Below the pieces are notes generated by a model. It was not told where the DNA came from. It did no database searches and worked only from the letters and a program-made list of their open reading frames with translations. From assembly GCA_044892525.1 (NCBI GenBank), contig CM097886.1:114514001-114578000 (forward strand): a DNA stretch of 64,000 bases, in the 5' to 3' direction. Source of the stretch: Schmidtea polychroa (taxonomy: Eukaryota). Both the position numbers and the translations under genes were made by a program. Positions 11,281 to 23,183 of the stretch are shown here, piece after piece (position 1 is the stretch's first letter; each line of letters opens with the position of its first letter).

Positions 11281-13575
11281 TTGAACTATAATTTAAATCA
11301 AATTGAAAATGAATTCTATAATTTTAAATTAAAATTAGATAATAGTCTAATTAATTTTAAATACAAAATCGGAAATTTGTTTAAATTACCTAAACAATTT
11401 CCTTTTTTGAAAAATAATGATTTCCAAAATTTTTCTTGCCCTTCGGGCAAGAAAAATAAGCCCCTACGCAGCTCATCGGCCTGCGGCCGATTCGCCGGCT
11501 CCCGGACCAACAACGACGACGACGAAACCACAAAAAACGACCTTACTATCGACTTAACCGCAGAACCTCTACCCAACAATAACATCAATGACCAACACGC
11601 TGAAATACCAAATACGAAAATATCCAATAATACCTTTCGCCGGGAAATAAAAACACTCTCGAAACATTTTTGGACGATGTTCCACAAAGACCCCACCTAC
11701 ATAAATATTCTTAAAGATTATAATAACGAGCTAAATAACTACAATGAAGACGACCAACCAATACCACTGACCAATAACACTACAATGAACGTACCCACAC
11801 TACCCATCACTAACAATAATGACACTACATTATCCAAAACACAAGCCAACAAAAATGACAAATACGAAACCACACCTAGTCTCACCAATAACAGATTTCA
11901 CGCCTTAGCCACCATAAATAATGACCCTAAGGTAAACAGTATAACAGACGCAAACCCACCAGCACCGTCTAACTACAACATTCCTACATCCACCACTAAC
12001 AGTACCACTAATGTCCCACAACCTCATTCCATTTCCCCCCCTACCAAACCCATAGAAACTCAATCTTCCCCAATCAAAGCTAATCAATCAAACACAATAC
12101 AATCAACAACTAAACCACCCACTTACACTACTCCATTAAATACATGCAATAACAATATCGAAACCACAATACACTCGTCCCCAAATAAGGATACAAATAT
12201 CACCCACAATAAAAGGGATAAACATCTCATACAAGAAATCCACAGAATAATCAACTGTAACAATCAAGAAATCTCCAAAAAACATGAAACAACCACAAAA
12301 AACCTGCAACAATACATAATACAACAACAACACGAACAAGCTAATACACACGAAACATTAGCGCTCCTAATCTCACAGATGACAAAATTGCAACAACTAC
12401 TCACACATAATACAGCAGCATCCTCCCAACTCCCTCACGACATTGATGATGTACACTTAACTCTCACGCCCAAGGATGATGACCTAAACATACCTCCACA
12501 ATTCCATCAACCTGAACCCTCAGACAATGAATCAAATGATTCCCAATCGGAAGATGACAATGACGGATACATCACAGAAATAGAACGACAAATCCATGTG
12601 AATAACAAAGTCGACATTGATGAGACCCCAACCCAACAAACACCATCACAATATGAACAAATCAACAACACCCAACAAGAACAAACAATACAAAGAACAA
12701 CATCTTCCAGCGGCTCCCTTTTTTCACCAATGGAAAACATAACTCCAGTTGACCTCAACGACCCCTTTAACATGTATCATGCACTAGATGTCCTCCACAT
12801 AAAAGACTTTGCAATCGTTAAAGACATAATGAAAACGCCACCAGCACCAGATACACAAACCTCAGAATCATCCACCAATACACCCAATCCACTATATAAC
12901 CTGCTCAACACCAACGAACAACCAGTAACCCAAAACCTCACCACGATTGACTCCCCATTCACGCTCAAAAAACAAGCACTATTTAAACTAGGTAGTGAAG
13001 GCTACCTAAAATGTAGGATGAAAAATTGCAAACATGGCAAAATTGGCCCTCTGATGGAAGACAAGCAACATGAACACATGAAAAGCATGCATGACCGAAT
13101 TATAAAAGACACAGACACATTCGAATGCCTAATATGCCAAAGACAGAGGAAAAAAGGACAGAACCAAACCAAATTCCTTCTCACAAATATTGAAGAACAC
13201 TGGCTTGATTATCACCCTGAAAAACAAATCCCTGGTACTAGAGAACAATATAATGACAAAAAGCGAATCCTCACACTAGAGCTCAACGAAGAGGGAACAC
13301 TACTATGCACATACATATGTAAGAAAAACCCCTGTGATATACATATGACTGTGAAGACCACCGCCAATGACATACTCAAACACATTTCTACAAAACACAA
13401 AAGTAAAGTATTTGACCAGACCACAAACGTCAAATGCCACTGTGGTGAAACAATAAACTTTGATAATATGAAACAACACCACCACTCACACATGGGGATA
13501 CTTGAACCCACTGAAATAAACAATGAACCCCCCACAAACATCCCAGTAACCACCAAAGACATAGACTCCGACTGA
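11281..13575 (+). CDS. N1 ORF1: low-complexity N-terminus plus C2H2-type zinc fingers
   Basis: 764-aa ORF with CRMKNC..H...H, CLIC...H...H, CKKNPC...H...H and CHC...H...H motifs. It ends in a TGA that is in frame with the downstream domains. Confidence 0.75.
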   Translation: MNYNLNQIENEFYNFKLKLDNSLINFKYKIGNLFKLPKQFPFLKNNDFQNFSCPSGKKNKPLRSSSACGRFAGSRTNNDDDETTKNDLTIDLTAEPLPNNNINDQHAEIPNTKISNNTFRREIKTLSKHFWTMFHKDPTYINILKDYNNELNNYNEDDQPIPLTNNTTMNVPTLPITNNNDTTLSKTQANKNDKYETTPSLTNNRFHALATINNDPKVNSITDANPPAPSNYNIPTSTTNSTTNVPQPHSISPPTKPIETQSSPIKANQSNTIQSTTKPPTYTTPLNTCNNNIETTIHSSPNKDTNITHNKRDKHLIQEIHRIINCNNQEISKKHETTTKNLQQYIIQQQHEQANTHETLALLISQMTKLQQLLTHNTAASSQLPHDIDDVHLTLTPKDDDLNIPPQFHQPEPSDNESNDSQSEDDNDGYITEIERQIHVNNKVDIDETPTQQTPSQYEQINNTQQEQTIQRTTSSSGSLFSPMENITPVDLNDPFNMYHALDVLHIKDFAIVKDIMKTPPAPDTQTSESSTNTPNPLYNLLNTNEQPVTQNLTTIDSPFTLKKQALFKLGSEGYLKCRMKNCKHGKIGPLMEDKQHEHMKSMHDRIIKDTDTFECLICQRQRKKGQNQTKFLLTNIEEHWLDYHPEKQIPGTREQYNDKKRILTLELNEEGTLLCTYICKKNPCDIHMTVKTTANDILKHISTKHKSKVFDQTTNVKCHCGETINFDNMKQHHHSHMGILEPTEINNEPPTNIPVTTKDIDSD

Positions 13576-16500
13576 CTAAACCAGCACCAGATCTCCGCAT
13601 ACATGCTAACACATGCAACTACTGAAAACACTATATACATAGATAGCTTTATAGGACTTGCATGCATTGAAAAACACTTCCAAACCTTTTTTTCTGCCTT
13701 CCCATTTCATAAATATCCTACATGGATAGACCTAATTTGGCCCATCAACATCGAAAGGAACCTCTGGATACTCTTTTACATAAATAAAAAACGTAACCTT
13801 GCCACAATTATTGATCCCACCTGCCAAATTAGCACCATGAAACATTACAACACAGCAACAACTATACTCAACATACTGACCAACCTCCAAAACATAATAA
13901 CCACAAATGATTTCACCTTACAAGAACTAACATATCCAAGATGCAATGAAACAAAGCAATCAGGATACTACATATGCCACTTTGCCAAATGCCTAGCCTC
14001 CAACAGATGCATCACACTCCCCGACATACAAAACATACGCACAGACCTTAACAAAATAATAAACCTAATAATATATAGAAGGAAAGCAACTGATGACGTG
14101 ACCAGATATACCGCATTCATTGATGACATAATTATCCAGCTTGACACTAATACTATCCATGTTGATGAGAGCCTCGCAGAAATTGCCAAGATACATGAAG
14201 CTATATACCCCAACAAATACAAAAGTAAAACAATACCAATAAACATCCTCAACTCAAAAGACACTAAGCGATTAGTATTCGAGCTAGACTAGACTTTGAT
14301 AGAAGACCAAAAGCAACAATTGAAAAAATACTCAACAAAAATGAAAACACAACGACCACACCGACAGACGATGACATCTACAAAAACTTCCAAACCACAA
14401 CAAAACACATAACTAAATATAGTACACCAGATACACAACCCTCATACATTGACCTTATATCAGATAAACCCATAACAGACACAGAACTCAACGAATCCAT
14501 ACTCAAACTTGACAGCACATCAGCCCCAGGTAGTGACAAAATCACATACAAAGAGTGGAAAAAGATAGACCCGAAAAACAAATTTAGACTGGCACTTTTT
14601 AACAACATACTACGCAATGGACATAGTCCCAAAACGTGGAAAACCTTTAGAACGAAACTCATCCTTAAACCAGGCAAAGAGCAATCACCGCATGAAGTAT
14701 CATCCTGGAGACCGCTTGCTATACTGGACTCAGCATATCGCACATTTGCCTCAATCATGAATGATAGACTTCTCTCCTGGATTCAGCTAGGACACCTGTT
14801 GAGCACTAACCAGAAAGCGGTGGGAACTCCGGATGGATGCGCTGAACATAACACAGTTATCAGTCTCGCCAAGGAATGTGCAATGAGAAATGGGACGGAT
14901 ATTAATATCATCTGGCTGGACCTTGCGGATGCTTTTGGTAGCCTTCCGCATGACCTTATTTGGCATACCCTGTCGAGACTGAAACTGAAGGCAAAAACAA
15001 TCAATCTTATTAAAGAAATGTATACTGACTGCTACTCAATATACGAATGCGAGGACCGACGATCAAGGGAGATACGGATAAACAATGGAGTCAAGCAAGG
15101 CTGCCCAATGTCTATGACTCTGTTCAGCCTCTCCATTGACTATATCCTCCAGAAAATCCTCAAACAACACCCACTTGTTATAGATGGACACAATATAAGC
15201 ATAATGGCATATGCAGATGACATTGTCATGATCTCCAACACACGGCAAGAAATAGGTAACATGTTACGAACTATAGTTGAACTCTCTGACATATCTCACC
15301 TTAAATTCAGACCCTCTAAGTGCGGCTACTTCCAACTACAACGAAACCACAAAGAGATACCCCTAACTATATACAAGGAAAAAATACCCATCATTGATCA
15401 CGACAACATATATAAATACCTAGGAGTTGACTTCGGCCAGAAAGGCAAACATGACATTGACAACACACTCATAAAAGCGATTGATGACACGACAAAAATA
15501 ATGACCTCTGACCTACACCCAGCACAAAAACTTCAAGCATACAAGACTTTCATACACTCTAGACTAATATTTCCATTCAGAAACTGTACAATCAACAACA
15601 TGATTCTTGACAGCAACAGAAACAAAGTAGTACAAAATAGACCCAAACAATTAGGATATGACCAAAAAATAAAGAGAATATTAAAAGATACACTAGATGA
15701 TATACACCAAAACATTAATAACAACTTCTTTTATGCACATTGTAAACTAGGAGGTCTCGGCATAGTGCCTAGTATAGATGAATACATGATACAAGGCATC
15801 ACACACATCATCAAAATACTACACACACGAGACACTAGCATGAGGGAATTCATAATCCAGCAAATGATAGCAGTAGCCAAAATACGATTTAAACACACCA
15901 CAATAGACATACACCAAACACTACGCTGGATTAATGCAGACATTAAAGGTGACATAAGTGGACCAGCAACTGTTTTCGGAAAATTTCGGTCTGCCATAAA
16001 AAGAATGAATGAGAAATTCGGCATCAAAATCACACTGACACTTGACAACAACAAATACATACTACTCCTGAAAACAAAAGACTACACCATATATATTAAC
16101 GACACAAACCTCACAGAAACCTCTGCCAAACTACATGAAATCACAAGTGAATGGTATGCAGATCAATGGTACCAGATGACATGTCAAGGATACATTTCTA
16201 GGACCATAGGCGCAAATAGACAATCAGCACACCTAATCAAATCACACACCCTGACAGATAAACAATACATATTTCTCATTAAAGCAAGAAACAACATGAT
16301 AAGCCTCAACTATAGTGCATACAGAATGAAAGAAAACATGAATACAAAATGTAGGCTCTGTAATGCTGAACCAGAAACACAAGCACACATATTCAATCAC
16401 TGCCTCAAAACAACAAATGCTAGGAGAAACAAACACAATAAGGTCATGGATAAAGTTAGCGGGTATCTCATTTCGAAAGGTTTCCAAGTAGACGTAGAAC

Positions 16501-16892
16501 GCCCACCCCCCGGAATAGACACTAGGCTAAGACCAGACCTCATCATCAAAACAAAAAGGAATAACAAAATCCACATACTTGACATTAAGGTACCCTATGA
16601 CCGTGAAGAAAACTTCAAAACTGCCAGAGAAGACAACTACAAAAAATACAGAACATTGGCAATTGAAACAGGGAAAAAGAACGACTGCAAGACTACATTG
16701 GATGCGCTAGTTGTCGGCACTCTAGGCTCCTGGGACAAAAATAACGACACAGCACTTACCAAGATAGGACTAAACAACAGCGAAATCAAAGCTATAGCCA
16801 AGCTATGTATGAGAACAGCAGTGGCTGCCAGCTTTGCAATATACATGGATCACATAACAAATATAAGTAAACCATTATCAAACACACAATAA
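13576..16892 (+). pseudogene. N1 ORF2: Ulp1-like domain, reverse transcriptase, CCHC, RLE (one frameshift)
   Basis: RT motifs SAPGSD, WRPL, LDLADAFGSLPH, GVKQGCPMS, AYADD and KYLG; CRLC...ETQAHIFNHC; KHN, RPDLII and LDIKVP. A 5-nt tandem duplication (ctagactagac, ~14284-14293) shifts the frame. Confidence 0.92.
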
Positions 16893-16959
16893 GATACATA
16901 CCAACATAAACCCGTTCTAACCACCATGATCTCAGTTAAGCAGAATATTGTGTTATGTT

Positions 16960-17328
16960 NNNNNNNNNNNNNNNNNNNNNNNNNNNNNNNNNNNNNNNNN
17001 NNNNNNNNNNNNNNNNNNNNNNNNNNNNNNNNNNNNNNNNNNNNNNNNNNNNNNNNNNNNNNNNNNNNNNNNNNNNNNNNNNNNNNNNNNNNNNNNNNNN
17101 NNNNNNNNNNNNNNNNNNNNNNNNNNNNNNNNNNNNNNNNNNNNNNNNNNNNNNNNNNNNNNNNNNNNNNNNNNNNNNNNNNNNNNNNNNNNNNNNNNNN
17201 NNNNNNNNNNNNNNNNNNNNNNNNNNNNNNNNNNNNNNNNNNNNNNNNNNNNNNNNNNNNNNNNNNNNNNNNNNNNNNNNNNNNNNNNNNNNNNNNNNNN
17301 NNNNNNNNNNNNNNNNNNNNNNNNNNNN
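16960..17328. other. Assembly gap (N run)
   Basis: Run of N; the five X-filled ORFs here are artefacts. Confidence 1.
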
Positions 17329-20300
17329 AATGTCTGCGACACAGGAGAGGGGCTTAGGAACAGGTAATAAAAATAATAAACCTAAAATTGCATCTAATGG
17401 CACAGAGTGCTTATTAGTGCAAGTACCCTAACGGACCCCAGATCAGAAATGGGTCTTTTAGGGTAGACTAAAAAAGCAAAAATAAATGTAGTCAGAGGCA
17501 TAAATAACCAACTGACACATAACAAACATGTAAATGGTTTGATAACTCGCCAATATCAAATCATTGAGCGGTTTTATCTCTGATATTCCCGTGAAGCACT
17601 GCATAATAGTGCTCAAATCCTTGGCCACCAGCGTAGTGATGACTGATGATCCCTCATGGGAACACAGAAGAAAATAATTCGTTTAAAAATCAAACCCGTT
17701 ATGCTATGACCGCTTTGAGGTTGAAGCTCATCCGCCAGGATCCGACCTTCTCTTTGGAGCGGTAGGTAAAACCAAGCTTTGAATCACATCGGCGGAGGAC
17801 TCAAAACTAGACGATACGCTTATTGATGGAAGAAGCTCCAATCATGGAGATATCAATAAGAATAAATTATTTTTAACACAGTCTAATATCCCTTATAGAT
17901 CCGATACAGCTCCTTCAAACAGAAATGGAAGAAGCTCCAATCCTGGAAACTACATTAAGGATAAATCATTTTCAACATTTCTTAATCTTAATCCTAGAAA
18001 TGATGAAGTCCGATTCCATGGATCGCCTTATGCCTCCTGCCCGGATGTACCGAATCTTGATGCTACCAGGAAACCAGACGATTGTGAGATGATGGCTAGC
18101 AGATTCTGTCCTGCCAAGAAGATCCTGAAGAAATACGGAATCTTTCCCCCTGTTTATGATACTATTGCTCCAGTGAATGCATCCTCGGACCCGACCAGAG
18201 ATACTTCCTGGAAAACCTTTTGCCCTGCTCGAAGGATTCACATCCTAAATAAAAATAAAGGTAATTATAATCAAAATTTCTATAATGATTATATCCTAAA
18301 AAATTCTATTTACGAATTAGATAACAGTAATTTTAACTTTAATTATGAGAATGCTAAATTAATCTGTAATAATTGTAATTGCAATTTAAATAGTAAAAAT
18401 TGTAAAGTAATCTTAGATAACCATAATTTAGATCTTAAAAACTATGAATTAAAATTAAATTGTAATAATTGTAATTTAATTAAATTTAATTCTAAATATA
18501 CTTACAACTTAAATAATGAAAATTTAAATTGTGATAATTATAATCTAAAGGATAAAAATGATAATTGTGAAGTAAATAATGACCAAACTAATTATAATTA
18601 TGATAAATTTTTTAAAAATAAAATTAAATATATCACTAAAAAAATAATTACAGATTATAATAAAAATAATAACTCTACAGAAAGACTTCCTAATGAATTA
18701 ATTAACATTATCTTTATTAATATATCTAATTTTAATATATCTAATTTTATCTAATTTTATCACGCTTTTTCTTTCCTCAAAGACAGTCACCTTCAGTTCT
18801 CCAGTTAATGAAACTCCTACCACCTCTTCACCTACTGACGAACACACCATTATGACTCAAGCCTCCTCGTTGCCTCTTGAAAACGACATCTTGGTTCCTT
18901 CATACAATCCTTCCTCCAACATCTCAACTAACAAAGATCTTTCTGAAAACTCTACTAAAGAAAGTATATCACTAATAAATAAAGTAAACATCAATAGTTT
19001 ATCCACTCTCCCTGTTATACCTAACATTACTAAAATATCTAAACCAACCTACCATAATCAAATCACGTGTAGTAGACCACATTTTTCTAAGCCTATTCCG
19101 AATTTTTCTTGCCCTAAAGTTATCCGCCCCAATGAAAAACTACTTGAAAAGATTAGATATACTGATTCTATTAATATGAATAATACCTCCTCTCCTTACA
19201 CCCTAGAAGATACTTCATCATGCTCTAATTCATCAGAACTATCCTATGACCCTGACAGTGACTCATCCCGTTCAACATTCAGTATCGACACATCCCACTA
19301 CAGCTGTTACTTTGATGACACAATCGAGTCCCCTGTGTCGGATGGTGGGGAAGTTATTAATACCTCAGAAAGACCTCCTGAATACCCAAGCGATCTCTTC
19401 AACTCTGACTGTGATGATGTCATCTTATCAAGCAGCTCCAGCACTAATGAATTTACTACTCCTCTTCATAATACTATACCTGCTCGCAACGACACTGAAT
19501 AAGTATCTCCTACTAATAGCCTCAATCTTCCTTCAACATCTGTCCCAGAAAACAACCTACTTCTGACTGAATCTAATGAGGACTCCAAGATTTATAACCT
19601 CTCACTTAGACCTTCGCCTCTTGATGACTCTTCAACCTTACTAATATATAATAATGTAAGGGTAGCTGAAAACAGCTCCTTTCTCGAAAAAGTAGACTTA
19701 GACAGCTCCCCAGCATTACCCAAAAGACTTATACCTCTTGATAATTCTGACTTGCCAAATCTTAAACGTAAAAGTGACACCTTGCCATCTGATAGAGGGG
19801 AATCGGTTTGCGCATCCACATCCACACCTTTACAGCAGAAAACAGACAGGGATTTCCAGAAAGGCCTGGAAGTAACTGGCAAAAAGATTACTCTTTATGT
19901 CCCCCCTAACGATCTAATCAAACCGAGGAAGTCCAAAATCCCAAAAGACCAGAAAACAAATGGCTTAAACGACGAAATACTATACTTTTTTGACTCAAGG
20001 GGAAAACTACAATGCCGAGGTATTCATCACACAGATTTTTGCGGCACTATATCTGCTATCGACTACGATAAAATCTTCTCACATGCGCAAGAAATCCACA
20101 ACATAGCCATAACCTATGACTCACTTATTGACTGCTTGCAATGTAGACCCAAAGGAGAGGGAAGCAGGTCCACACTTAATCTTGTCACACTTAGGAACCT
20201 TCTTAACCATAGCTCTCAGTTCCAACACCAAAGCAGTGTAAGTAAGGACTTTCTAAAAATTGTCTCCCTAAAAATTACAGCCTCAAATCTCCTTGCTTGC

Positions 20301-21190
20301 CAATTCTGGAACAAAAACTGCCACAAATGTTTTGACTCCTTCGACATTGATACTCCCCTAGAAACCATTATGTCCCATATCTCCAAAAATCATAAAAACC
20401 TTAAATTTGACATTAATCGTAAAATATATTGTTTCTGTGGAGAGTGGATAAACTACGCTGATACCAAAACTCATATAGAGAATAATCACCCCACCATTGG
20501 GAACAACAACTCTATTACTCCTAGCAACTCTTCTAAGGTAATTAACAATAATATAAATAATGTTTTTATAGACATTCTGGATACCCAGGAGGCAATCCTA
20601 TCTCCCCTAAATTATGAAATTACTGCCAGAGACTTACCTGATAATATTCTCTTCTCTAACAATATTGATAAGGAAGCTGCATGATGGTCACAGCATACAA
20701 TCAAGGCGTTCATATTCTCTTTTGCCATAAGACCTACTTCTATTTTCGTTGACCCCTATATAGGAAATGCCCTCATTCAGCACAACTTCAAAACCTTCTT
20801 CGAATCCTTTCCCTTTAAAGAATTTGCGGACTGGAATGAGATCATAATGCCAATGTGTCACTCCAAGGACAATTGGTTCTTCTTCTTTCTTGACAAGCGA
20901 CGTAATCTCGCACTTCTTATTGACCCTATCACTGATGAATGTCCCTCTACCTATCAAACACTTGCTAATAATATCCTGGAAACCATTCTCGACTTACAAA
21001 AAATTGTCTCTCCCTTAGACATCAAACTTCAATATCTTGAATACCCCAGATGCAGCTCTCCTTATGAATCAGCCTTCTTTGTATGCCATATGATTGAATG
21101 TTTGATGAAACATGATAGGATTACCTCCCCTAACATCCAGAATATGTCTGATAGGATAAAAAATATAATTAAAAAAATTATTAATAACAG
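17329..21190 (+). mobile_element. Second, divergent NeSL-like non-LTR element N2, 3'-truncated (no RT)
   Basis: ORFs 18852-19502, 19752-20684 and 20847 onward are all in one frame. The zinc fingers (CFCGEWINYADTKTHIENNH) and Ulp1-like domain (FESFPFKEFADW...KRRNLALLIDP...YPRC) align with N1. It ends at ~21190 against LTR-element sequence. Confidence 0.82.
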
Positions 21191-21751
21191 TCGTCTAATT
21201 TCTTCCCTTTTCCTTTCTAGGTTCCTTTTTAGTTCAATTTGTAGAAAATCTTGTTCGTTTCCTTGTTGGTGACTTTGTTGTTGCTGTTGTTGATTTCTTC
21301 CTTCTATCTCCCGGTATTTGCGAATCCACTTCTCCATCTCTTCACTGTCTCGTTGTTTTTCCTTTAATTGGTAGTTTAATTTGTTTATGGTCACTTGGCG
21401 TTCTTCCGCCTCGGTTTTCCAGTAGTCCTCAATTACCTCCTCTGCTTTAATACTTGCCCTTTCTTTCCATTATTCTCCCGCTATCTTTTCCCAGTTTTTT
21501 TCTCGCTTCCTTTGTTCATGAAGCCATTCGTTTTCTTCTTCTATATCTCTTTTTACTTCCCCCAACGTTTTACACTCTTTCTTTAACACCTTTATCATTC
21601 TTCAGTCTTCCAGGTATTTGTTTATTAATCTCCCATTCTCGCGCTTCTCTTCCCCTAACTCCTCTTTTAGCGTTTGTGTTTTTGTTGTTTCTGCTTCGAT
21701 TTCTCCTTCTTCTACGTCACTCGTGATTTCTATTATTTCCTCGATCTTCAT
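21190..21751 (-). pseudogene. Accessory coiled-coil ORF of copy 1 (internal stop, truncated by N2)
   Basis: MKIEEIIEIT... is an E/K/R-rich frame continuing through a stop at 21602 into the 21394 ORF. It is preceded by attatag|atATG. Confidence 0.6.
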
Positions 21752-21934
21752 ATCTATAATATGTACAATTAATGGTGCGCTATAATGCGACTTATACGTA
21801 TACATTTATATAAAGTTTGATAGTTTGGGTTAGAGTCCCTTAATTACTTTTAATTTACTCCTTATTTTTTTGTTTGGGATATAGGTCCCGATTTTATACA
21901 AAACATTTTTTGTCTTTTCGAACACAGCATTTAT

Positions 21935-22990
21935 TTATACGAATGTCTCCTCTTGCCCTACGTATCCCTCGTCGCTCTCTACCGACGACCGTAATTGGAT
22001 AGCGATAGGGTCGTATGGTACATAGTGTTGGGGGATTTGAGCCCTCAGCTCGTGAATTTCGTCTCTTAGAGCCCTTGAAATGTTTAGTTCCTCATCCAGT
22101 AAATAGGTGAGGTACCTTGTCTCTTCGTCTTTTACTTCTATTTGTCTGTCTAGGGCCTTGATTTTCTCGTTGCCCTTCCATTTTTCGATTTCTATTTCTA
22201 AATTTTTGATATTGTCACTGTACATTTTCCTTTCGACCTCCAATTTTTTGTTTTTTCCTGCTAGTACCATATTTCTCTGCTCCAGAGCTCCTTGATATCC
22301 ATTGATATCTCTTTCCATTTCTGCTACTTTATTTACTAGCTCCACAACTCTTCCAGACTGTTGGAGTATCATTTCCTCCATTTCCGCATTCTCGTGTTCT
22401 CTGATGTCGATTTTTATAGCCAAATGTCTTTCAAACTCCATGGCTTTTGTCTGCCAGGTTTGACTTCGAGCGGCAATTTTTCTTAATCGCTTTAGTTCCT
22501 CTTTTATGACTAAATTCTCTTCCCATTTACCTTGTTCGCTCTCGTATTGCAGTCTCATAGGCAAATCTTTCATTTCCTTTTTCATTTCTTTGTTTTGTCT
22601 TTTCCATTTTCTAGCTTCCGCTAATGTGTGGTTCATTTTCTTACCTTCTTTTTGTTTTTCTACTTCAAGTTTGGTGTTTTCGTCGGTGAGCCTCTTTCTT
22701 GCTTCTTGTATTAGCTGTTTTAGATAACGGCTGTGTGCTTCTTGGCGTGTATTTTCCAACGATGCCCATTTCGATGCTCTCTTGCATGCCTCAGCCTCCT
22801 CCCTCAAATTGTGTATCAGCCATCGATATTTACTATTCTCATCTTCCCTAGCTTCTTCGACGTGATTTCGGGTGAGGTTAATTAGTTGGAACATCACCTT
22901 GTTCCACTTGTCGCTATATTCTCTGGGAATTGGTGTTTTGGTTACATTAATTGGGGTCGTCGTTGTTCCGGTCATTTTTTCTTGTGTCAT
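21935..22990 (-). CDS. Accessory 351-aa long coiled-coil protein of copy 1
   Basis: Intact ORF, heptad-like E/K/R/L-rich, same purine-rich strand bias as the element. It is preceded by aatttag|aaATG and followed by AATAAA. Confidence 0.75.
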   Translation of the reverse strand: MTQEKMTGTTTTPINVTKTPIPREYSDKWNKVMFQLINLTRNHVEEAREDENSKYRWLIHNLREEAEACKRASKWASLENTRQEAHSRYLKQLIQEARKRLTDENTKLEVEKQKEGKKMNHTLAEARKWKRQNKEMKKEMKDLPMRLQYESEQGKWEENLVIKEELKRLRKIAARSQTWQTKAMEFERHLAIKIDIREHENAEMEEMILQQSGRVVELVNKVAEMERDINGYQGALEQRNMVLAGKNKKLEVERKMYSDNIKNLEIEIEKWKGNEKIKALDRQIEVKDEETRYLTYLLDEELNISRALRDEIHELRAQIPQHYVPYDPIAIQLRSSVESDEGYVGQEETFV

Positions 22991-23183
22991 TTCTAAATTA
23001 GAGATATTGATTAATTTTTATTTTGTTACGATTTTATTACTTAGTTACTGGTTTATCAGGAATTTTTCGCATTATTTTTGGGTTTTCGTGTTTAGGTTTT
23101 TACATACTAGTACCATGTATGATTTTATTGGTTATATATACCGATATATATATACATTTTATATACAATATTATCCACGCCGG

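Larger units (their letters stand above)
9786..16959 (+). mobile_element. Non-LTR retrotransposon N1, RLE-type (NeSL/R5/Utopia-like clade), near full length
   Basis: Domain order is zinc fingers, Ulp1-like domain, RT, CCHC and restriction-like endonuclease. LTR homology stops abruptly at 9785. The 3' end runs into the N gap. Confidence 0.9.

Noticed and set aside
16926-17431. Long ORFs spanning N runs (also 3196-3564)
   Set aside because: Artefacts of translating assembly gaps.
17630-17680. CTGATGA followed by a short hairpin, possible hammerhead ribozyme
   Set aside because: Stem II is not followed by a correctly placed GAAA, and no stems I/III could be built.
18089-18754. Asn/Cys-rich ORF (CNNCNCNL) as a metal-binding protein
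   Set aside because: Low-complexity AT-rich tract within N2 ORF1; the composition explains the pattern.
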